From NCBI RefSeq assembly GCF_001194135.2, contig NC_068988.1:55626934-55673090 (forward strand): 46,157 bases of DNA. The letters are read 5' to 3'. The DNA is from Octopus bimaculoides. Its lineage: Eukaryota. Positions 37,790-46,157 of the stretch are shown in pieces. Both the position numbers and the translations under genes were made by a program. Numbering within the stretch: position 1 is the stretch's first letter; every line of letters starts with the position of its first letter. Under the pieces are notes generated by a model. It did no database searches and was not told the DNA's origin. It saw only the letters and a list, made by a program, of their open reading frames with translations.

Positions 37790-38135
37790 ACAGTATCCCA
37801 CTCGTGAGGAATCGGTATGTATAAGTATGAAGCCTGATTTAATATTGGTACTTAAGCAGTGTGTTATATATCCCAGTGCCCCAATAATTACAGCTATAAA
37901 CCTGAACTTGTAATTTGGATGGAGTAACTAGATTTCTCAATAGTTTAGTGTAGTTCCCAGTTGTCAGGATCTTGCGGGTTTTGATATCTATGGAGTGGAT
38001 TTCCTCTACAGACTAATCTAGTATCCCAAATGTTGGGATCAGCACTGGTAGTGCAAATGCATTGTGGGATATTGTTTTATTGCGAGAGGAAAGTTCCGGC
38101 TGGCATATTTTCCTAAGTCTGGTGTAATATTCTCG
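37790..38135 (-). pseudogene. Internally deleted R4/Dong-type fragment: RT thumb joined to the REL C-terminus
   Basis: HNAFALPVLIPTFGILD*SVEEIHSIDIKTRKILT is followed within ~30 nt by LLHPNYKFRFIAVIIGALGYITHCLSTNI. Confidence 0.7.
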
Positions 38136-38136
38136 G

Positions 38137-38186
38137 GTCACTCTATCTTTATTCATGGTATGTCACTCTATCTTTATTCATGATAT
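38137..38186. repeat. 25-bp tandem duplication
   Basis: GTCACTCTATCTTTATTCATG(G/A)TAT x2. Confidence 0.9.
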
Positions 38187-38215
38187 GTTTACGTCTATGT
38201 ATGTATGCATGTATG

Positions 38216-38246
<31 letters not shown>

Positions 38247-38809
38247 TCAACCTTACAGTAAATAGCATTGTGAATTAAATAAGTGTACCAACACACACAC
38301 GCATATATGTGTGTGTATTGTGTGTGCGTAAGTATTATCAATCTATCTGCCTGTCTGCCTGCATGGGATGGGAAGTGTCCGCGTAAATATGGCAGAGACA
38401 TGTGAAAGAAAGAAGACGCAAACAAATCTTCAGTAGGTAGTAAAACAAAATTAATTGCTGTATGGTTAAACTGGTTATAACTGTCTCAAGTTTAACATTT
38501 TACTTCCGTGAATAACGGGTAAAAATGTATGTTACTCTTGCTTGGGCCGAATATTCTACGGTACCGTTGACGATGATCGGCAAAGCTGGCGGGAGTGCGA
38601 CAGTTGGAAAATACCCGAAATCGTTGAGATAAAGAGAATGCTCTATGGTGTAAGTTGTATATAAAATAACATATATGTATATAACACATGAAGATAGGTA
38701 AAGTCAGATGCTTGAAATTTCATGCTGAATTCCAAGATTGAAGAGTAAAAGACAATCTGAAGTCAAGTGGCTGCGAAGCGAACTGCTTAGTTACACAGTT
38801 GGGTATACA

Positions 38810-39000
38810 AACATTTTTCTTTTGCTTGTTCAGTCATTGGATAGCAGCCATGCAGGGGCACCGTATAGGAAGGTTTTAGTCGAACGAATCGACCTCAGTG
38901 CTTATTTTATTGTTTTGTTTTATCGAACAGCTTGGTTACAGGAACGTAAACAAACCAATGCCAGTTGTCAAGCGGTGGTAAGAGACAAACACAAACACAC
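38810..39000 (-). mobile_element. SINE B, degraded 3' half
   Basis: TTCAGTCATT...GCCATGCAGGGGCACC...GTCGAACGAATCGAC...GTTGTCAAGCGGTGG. Confidence 0.7.
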
Positions 39001-39192
39001 ATATACACATAAACACACATGACACACACAAATATACACACAAATACTCACACACATGTATACATACATACATACAAACATACATACATGCATACCCATA
39101 TATATGAATATGTATGTATGTATGTATGCATGCATGCATGTATGTATCTATCTATCTATCTATCTATCTAGCTAGCTAGCTAGCTAGCTTAG

Positions 39193-39265
<73 letters not shown>

Positions 39266-40053
39266 TTCTCTCTCTGTATATATATATATATATATATACA
39301 CACGACGAATGCCCAAATTTAAACTTGGAAGTATATAATAATACTACCGATAGTAATGGGTAATTCTGAAGGTGGACGAGCTTTATACTGTACTCTACCA
39401 CATTCCTAACGCAATATAACATAACTATGTATGTATATATATATATATAAAATGTTAAGGAGAATTCAAATACGTTCAACAATTTATATAAACATATATT
39501 GCGCCATTGATCGATGTATATAAGTTTTTAAATATACAAACGTATCAATCATCAAAATATTGAAGCATATTAAAAATCTATGAAACATGAATATATAAAA
39601 ATTCAATATACAAATATAAATAGACGAATGAGATTAAGTTATAAAAGTGTAGATGTATAAAAGTGTAGCTGTATAAAGATATACATAGAGACATTTAGAA
39701 TTACACTCGTATCAAAAGGCGTTGTAGAACGGCATTGGAAAAAAAATATTTAAAAATATTCTGTTACGAGAAGGTGAATAGAATAAACTCTTACAAAAAG
39801 AGCGAATGAAGAAAAATCATGGCGTTGTGATTAGATTGCTCAGAAAATATATGTAATTAATCCAAGAAAATAGGTAATCCTGTTGAGATAAACTGTTGGT
39901 GGTATTCCTCTTTTTGTTTTTTTTATTTTTATATCTGGCGTCTCGAGTTTTTATCTGAGCACTTCAAACTACTGCCTGTACAGTATACAAAGAAATTTTA
40001 CTGAATTCATATCTTATACTCATTTATATATATTTTGTACATTCATATCTACT

Positions 40054-40096
<43 letters not shown>

Positions 40097-40305
40097 GTAG
40101 TATAAGATATTAATGTACAAGATATATATAAAGAAGTATAAGATATGAATCCAGTGCCTTGTCTAGCTATCACTGAAAGCTCCTCTAACCGATTCAGCTA
40201 TCTGACCACATCATAATCCAATAAGAAGTGTCATGTAGAGCACCCATGCAGCTGAAATCCAGAAGATCCGATCAATGAAATCATTTGGCGAGGAGTATAT
40301 AAGAC

Positions 40306-40654
40306 GTAAAACGTCAGGAGGTATAAGAAATAAATATGTTTATTTAACCGCTTGATGTCCTTAGAATCACGGCCGTTTTGCAGCCGTCTTCGCGTAGTAA
40401 TATAAGTTAAATCGTTTGTGTGACTATGATGTTCAGGTGTTCTGATGAGCTGGCTTTCTTTATTTGTATTGATTTGTGAGTAAACGATTGTATTGAATAA
40501 CGCATAGCATGTATATTAATGCAAACATGTAAACATAATTTAATTCCACACTCAAATTATTACTATAAAATGAAGGCTGCGAAACGGCCGTAAACATAAG
40601 GATTTCAAATCGTTAAATAAATATATTCATCGCTCATACATCCCGACTGTTATA
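40306..40654. repeat. Imperfect inverted repeat (arms ~40306-40402 and ~40558-40654) of a Penelope pseudo-LTR-like segment
   Basis: The arms pair in one register (GGCC 40371-40374 with 40586-40589; TAGTAATA with TATTACTA). A third copy at 42890-42970 lies just downstream of a GIY-YIG remnant. Confidence 0.75.
40437..40597 (+). ncRNA. Candidate complete type I hammerhead ribozyme with a long stem II insert
   Basis: Stem I GUGUU/AACAU, CUGAUGA at 40442-40448, G10.1-C11.1 pair, and GAAAC-GGCC-GUA at 40581-40592. All core positions are canonical. Confidence 0.35.
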
Positions 40655-40924
40655 TATATATATATATNNNNNNNNNNNNNNNNNNNNNNNNNNNNNNNNN
40701 NNNNNNNNNNNNNNNNNNNNNNNNNNNNNNNNNNNNNNNNNNNNNNNNNNNNNNNNNNNNNNNNNNNNNNNNNNNNNNNNNNNNNNNNNNNNNNNNNNNN
40801 NNNNNNNNNNNNNNNNNNNNNNNNNNNNNNNNNNNNNNNNNNNNNNNNNNNNNNNNNNNNNNNNNNNNNNNNNNNNNNNNNNNNNNATATATATATATAT
40901 ATATATATATACATACACACACAC

Positions 40925-41079
40925 AATACGGGCTTCTTTCACTTTCCGTCTATCAAATTCACTCACAAAGCTTTTGTTTACCTTGGGCTTATAGTAGACG
41001 ACACCTACCCGAGATGCCATGCAGTAGGACTGAACACGGAACTGGCAATTGGGAAGCCACACAACCATATCTGCGCCTC
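40925..41079 (-). mobile_element. SINE B, 5' half
   Basis: Reverse complement of head, CORE-like segment and GACGGAAA...GAAAGAAGCCCGT, next to (TA)n and a gap. Confidence 0.75.
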
Positions 41080-41098
41080 CACAGAACCACGCCTACAA

Positions 41099-41135
41099 TA
41101 CGAAGGTGTGCTGAAAATTTCCTGGCCTTGGGCAT
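41099..41135. mobile_element. Tc1/mariner-like terminal inverted repeat end
   Basis: TA|CGAAGGTGTGCTGAAAATTTCCTGGC resembles TA-CGAGGGxxTGCTGAAAAGT mariner termini. No partner end was found. Confidence 0.5.
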
Positions 41136-41289
41136 TTTCTGCAGATTTGATTCTTTTTTTTTTAATATATATAAACATAGTAATCAAATGTATGTGCTAT
41201 AAGTTAGCTCACTCCTTCCATCAAATCCATATTCCCGGTACAGGGTGCAAGGTGTATATCACACGTCAGATGTCGAAGCGTTCGCTGAG

Positions 41290-41400
41290 CAAAAAGTAAG
41301 TCTTTTGCCCAAGAACACAATGCAACGCCTGGTCCAGGAATGGAAACTACTATCTTGCGATGTTGAGTGCAACAGCCTTACCACAAGGCCATGTCCTTTC
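41290..41400 (-). mobile_element. Degraded tRNA-headed SINE, family G (5' part)
   Basis: Minus strand GGACATGGCCTTGTGGTAAGG...TTCCATTCCTGG...GTTCTTGGGCAAAAGAC has an A-box, a B-box-like segment and a CORE-like motif. Confidence 0.5.
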
Positions 41401-42229
41401 ATAACCACACACACACACACACACATGAATGCATGTATATGTATACATGCAAATCGTTGAGGTCGACTCCAATTAATAGCTGATAAGGAAAATATACCGT
41501 GCTGCCCTCTATGTAAAATAATATCTATGCACATACAACATCACGAAATGAAGTCAGATGCCGGAAATTTCATGTTGGATTGCAAAATTAAAGAGTAAAA
41601 GACAAAAAAAAAACAAGTTCGTTCTACTGACCTTGTTGACCCCGTCTTTCAACTGTCACCATGTTTTGGTGACTAAGAAACTAGCGTGGGTAGGTTGTTC
41701 CCCGTGGCATAAAACCTAGGCTGGGTGGAAATGATTGAGCGTGTGATGTAAACCTTTGCGTGGGTTGTTGAAAGTATTGGTGCGGAACTGACAACAAACA
41801 CAGTGCGAAGTAAAAAGTATAAGCTTGGAAATGATTACTGTTTATGTATGCATGTATGTATATATATATGTATGTAAATGTGTGTGTGTGTGTGCGTGTG
41901 TGTGTGCGCGCAGATATAGTTATGTACGTAACGTAATTGTGAATCAAGATGTTAATACAAATACACACACACACACACATATACACATTTCAACTTAAAA
42001 TTTCATGCTATCATTTATTGCGTTATATGTGCTTCGAGAGACAATTCCAAAAACGAATCATATATAAAAAGTAAAGTCAGTCGCCACATCAAAGTGGCTG
42101 TTCCATATTACTACTAGTTTAACCCCAGGCAGATCGTCAGCCAGCTGGTTATCGGTGCGACACTGCACCCTTTATATACAATATATATTGCTAGTAGGGG
42201 GAGCGAACCCCTACCATCCTCTAGCAGTA

Positions 42230-42271
<42 letters not shown>

Positions 42272-42889
42272 CTACTACATATGTGGGAAATTCTGCTGGT
42301 GGGTGTGTTTGTGGAGTTGTTAGCTAACCCCTCCTACATCGTTTTATCCATTTTGATGAAGCTTGACACGTATGTAAAACTCATGTCTAGAAACCTCAAT
42401 ACTCAGATTGTTGAAAAATCATATATATCTAATATATTTTATTTTAAGAACCAAGGGAAATAACCCATTTATTTCCTAAATTATTTGGTAAAAATGAAAT
42501 TGAGTATGGTTATTTCCTAGTATTTGAATTGTTAGAGTTATTTTCGCAATTTATCCAATACAACCCTTAAACGAGTAAATAATATTTTGCTAAACAATAG
42601 ATCCACTTATTTCGGTTAGTGATTTATTCACGAATATACCAACACTAGCGCCCCTGAGGGTAATATTCTCTCGGAACGCACTAAAGCCTTTTTCAGAGTT
42701 ATTAACTTCACGATTTTAGTATACATACCTTATTAGTATTTCCTCCTATGTTCTATATACGCATTAAAACCCTTTTCGAGGCTATTTTATTTGAATTCTT
42801 ACTATCGGGTAACTAATTTCATGTTATTACATAACTGACCTCACAATTTGGCTATTCATAACTTAATGGGAATTCCTAAAAACAAGTTC

Positions 42890-43261
42890 CTGTGTAAGAC
42901 ACTTAATATGTTTATTTAGCCACTTTATGTCCTTAGGATTACGGCCGTTTTGCAGCCTTCTTCGCGTCTGTTCTATACATTGAGAATGCCTTAACATTTA
43001 TGTTATTAACCGAGCGTCTATGTTCTAATTAAGCATGCTGGTAGAGCACTGACGAGCTTGTTTTCTTCTTTGAGCTCCCACCATTGTTTGCCTACCCACT
43101 CCTCTTTGCTACGTGGCGTCTCCCCAATGTAAGCTGTTGTCTTGTTTCTGCACCGTCCTTCAATACACGTATGCTATAAACTTCATTCCTACTCTTACAG
43201 TTAACCTGTGGGTTCATCCTACATACTATACAGCTGTTCGGTGTACATGGGGGCCAACTTG

Positions 43262-43265
<4 letters not shown>
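42890..43265 (-). pseudogene. Penelope-like GIY-YIG endonuclease remnant followed by a pseudo-LTR segment
   Basis: PCTPNSCIVC...NCKSRNEVYSI (frameshift) AYIGETPRS...LKEENKLVSAL follows the PLE pattern C..C...VY.I.C..C...YIGET.R. It is followed by (A)AAACGGCCGTA. Confidence 0.7.
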
Positions 43266-43345
<80 letters not shown>

Positions 43346-44047
43346 CACACACATATATATACATACATACACATTCATATATACATGCATACATATAAAT
43401 ATATCACACACTTTCGTGTTTATTTTGTGGAAGCGTTATAGATCAACATCATCATCATCATCGTCGTCATCGTCATTGCTATTATTATTATTATTATTAT
43501 TATTATTTTAACTCATGTAGACAGGGAGATTAAGGTAAATTGTGCAGATATAATTGTCAAAGACCACCAGGTTGATGGTAACTGATAATGTTACTGCAGA
43601 TGATAATGGTAGCAACGATGATAATGATGGTGATGATGAAGGCAAAAGTGGTTAATATGGCGGTGATGAAGGTGACGATAATGATGGACATTTTAAACTC
43701 ATTTAATTTTTAATGCTTCTCTGGATATATGAAGATATTTGAAGATGTCTCTTGAAGAGAACGTTTTTTTGTTTTTGTTTTACTATAATTACGCTGTGGT
43801 GTTTCTGTGTTTCTGCGAATGTGTGTGAGTCTGTTTGTTTGCGTACATGTGTGTGTAGTTGTGTGTATATGTGTGCGTGTGTGTATGAGTATTTGTGAGA
43901 GTGTGTTTCTGTTCTGTGAGCAAGTGTGGGTCCAAGTTTCTATATATAATGCTGTGTCTGTGCTTAGGACAAGAAAGTTTCCATTAGAAGGTGAAAAAAA
44001 AAAATCTTTAAAATCATTTATTTTTTAAGATCGCAAATGTTTAAGAG

Positions 44048-44158
<111 letters not shown>

Positions 44159-44751
44159 ATAATAATAATAATAAATAATAATAATAATAAATAGCAAACA
44201 ATAAATTCATATAACAATTTAATTATAATCAAAGTCATTATGGTTAATAGAAACTGAACCTTGACTGATAAAAGTATAAAAACATCAAAATTAGCTCCAG
44301 TATAAAAAGAAACAGTAGCAACAACAATGAAAACAGCAGCAGCAACAACAACAACAGCAACAACAAATAGATATGCGCGCTTCACCGTGTGGCTGTTTAA
44401 AGATAACAATGAAATTAAGAGCAGAATTATGTAGCTAGCCTGCGAGCTAGCCAGCCGATCTAATCAGGTAAACAAATAAAGGTATTATACAACAAAAACA
44501 ACGGCACCACCACCACCACCACCACCACCACCACCAGCAACAACAACAGTATTATAGCAGCTATAGCAATTGCAGTCTGCAATGTTTTTGGCGGGTCATT
44601 TGGGTTTGTACGTTACACCAGCCACTTTACCACTACCACTACCACCACCACCACCACCACCACCTGGTTCATGGGTGCCTATAGCGGTGTTTGATCTGTT
44701 GAAAGTTTTCGAGTATGGAATTGAATTTTTTTTTTTTTTTCACTTCATTAG

Positions 44752-44832
44752 TGCTCAACTATGATGCATCTGTGAGCAATATTCCCGAAGTGAATACCTT
44801 CAAATTTGCTGAAATCTCACCAAAAATTTCAA
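44752..44832 (+). CDS. Weak candidate 81-nt internal exon (phase 1-1: VLNYDASVSNIPEVNTFKFAEISPKIS)
   Basis: Strong T-rich acceptor (T)15CACTTCATTAG|, an open phase-1 frame and a weak donor CAA|GTATGA. Confidence 0.12.
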
Positions 44833-45639
44833 GTATGATGAACCACAACTGTATCAGGGGGCAGATTCGACACGTATCTAACATAGACGTGTGTATTTAG
44901 AACTAGTCTGTTTTTTTTTGCACAGAAATTCAAAGAAAAACTACTAGTTTTATACGTTCTTTCTGAGTATGATTGAGACCCTGGTACAGGAATTCCGGGG
45001 TTTTAAGGGGTGTGGAACCACTTCTTAGTCACTATTTGCACTCAGGCCTACTCTGATCCGGAGTAGAACTTCCTTCTAGGGGTAAGTAAATTCGTACGAA
45101 AAAACAGGAAGCGCAGTTGGGTCCTGGTCGTCTCAACATCTCAACTTGTGTCATCAGGTTTACAGCTGATCACGCTGAAAGTGGGTTCAGTACCGTGCAA
45201 CAATTTATCTACTCAAAACAAATTCACGAACGGGAACTTCGTAGACTCTGGGTACGTTTGCACGGACTTACAGGGATAAGGGAGTGGTCTTGCTTCCGTC
45301 ATTTATGCATGCATGCATGTATGCATGTATGTATGTATGTATGTATGTATGTATGTCATTATTCAGTTTTATTTCAAAATTTATTGCCAATAAAGAAAGA
45401 ACTGGTTTCTAACCTAGGTTCAAGACTCCTTCATTGGAATTTCAACATCAACAGTATATTTGTGTATGTATGCATATATATGCTGTGTTTGGAGTCAGTG
45501 AACATGCAGATTTGTATGTTTGCTTTATATATGTATCCTCATGCATATAGTTGCATGTATGTATGTATATATATGTATGTATGTATGAATGTGTGTATGT
45601 ATGTATGTATGTATGTTTGTATGCATTTATATAGTCTTT

Positions 45640-45760
45640 TATTCTTTTACTTGTTGCAGCCATATTGGGTAGCGCCTTGAAGGGTTTAGTCGATCAAATC
45701 AGCCTCCAGTTCTTATTTTCTAAGTCTGGTACCTATTCAGTTGTTTTTTTGGACCTCTTC
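45640..45760 (-). mobile_element. SINE B, degraded 3' part
   Basis: TTCTTTTACTTGTTGCAGCCATATTGGGTAGCGCCTTGAAGGGTTTAGTCGATCAAATC. Confidence 0.6.
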
Positions 45761-46099
45761 AATCCCAGTCACAGATTAAAAAAAAAATTTTAACTAACAC
45801 AGTTTAACACTTCAGATACTGGTTGAATGTGTCACGTAGAACATGGTTTACTCTTAACGTTTTTGACAAAATTCTGTATTTTAGAATTTATTTTGTGTTA
45901 AAGTTGTCGTATTTGGGTAATTATAACCAATCAAAGACGTGTATTCAGCTGAAGAAAGTTACTGCTATTGTTTGCGAACAACAACTTCCGGGTCTATTAA
46001 CGAAATGATGAATCTTCGAGAACAGAAGAATATAAACTGAAAATCTCCCCTAGCAAAACCCGGAGATGTTTTTATAGCAACATATATTTGAATGTGGCC

Positions 46100-46146
<47 letters not shown>

Positions 46147-46157
46147 ACACACACACA

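Noticed and set aside
38508-38660. Open frame ...CYSCLGRIFYGTVDDDRQSWRECDSW... ending near a GGT|GTAAGT donor
   Set aside because: No usable AG acceptor or ATG lies between the upstream in-frame stop and this segment.
43044-43080. CTGACGA followed by a GAGCT/AGCTC hairpin as a hammerhead
   Set aside because: No GAAA follows the stem, and the sequence is the antisense of GIY-YIG codons.
44977-45090. GGG|GTAAGT donor at ~45083
   Set aside because: The upstream segment looks like a decayed interspersed repeat and has no supported acceptor or open frame.

Overview
AT-rich, microsatellite-dense eukaryotic DNA from a draft assembly with 14 N-gaps. It is not prokaryotic and contains no CRISPR array or operon. 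The repeat inventory suggests a coleoid cephalopod, probably Octopus; this is my recollection of its SINEs and was not searched. No complete protein-coding gene is present, and most of the ORF track is translated microsatellite or gap. The window contains about 25 monomers of one tRNA-headed SINE (family A), several copies of a second SINE (family B), and single copies of two others (E, G). It also has fragments of several R4/Dong-type non-LTR retrotransposon lineages, Penelope-like remnants (RT and GIY-YIG) with hammerhead-ribozyme-like motifs, a CR1/L2-group LINE 3' end, a hAT-type MITE and a mariner-like end. The main structure is a ~9 kb nest (14.9-23.9 kb) where SINE A and R4/Dong fragments sit in (AAT)n tracts in opposite, nearly fixed orientations. 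A possible host gene is suggested only by a signal-peptide-like exon (3901-3967) and two weaker phase-1 exon candidates, so most of the window may be intronic.
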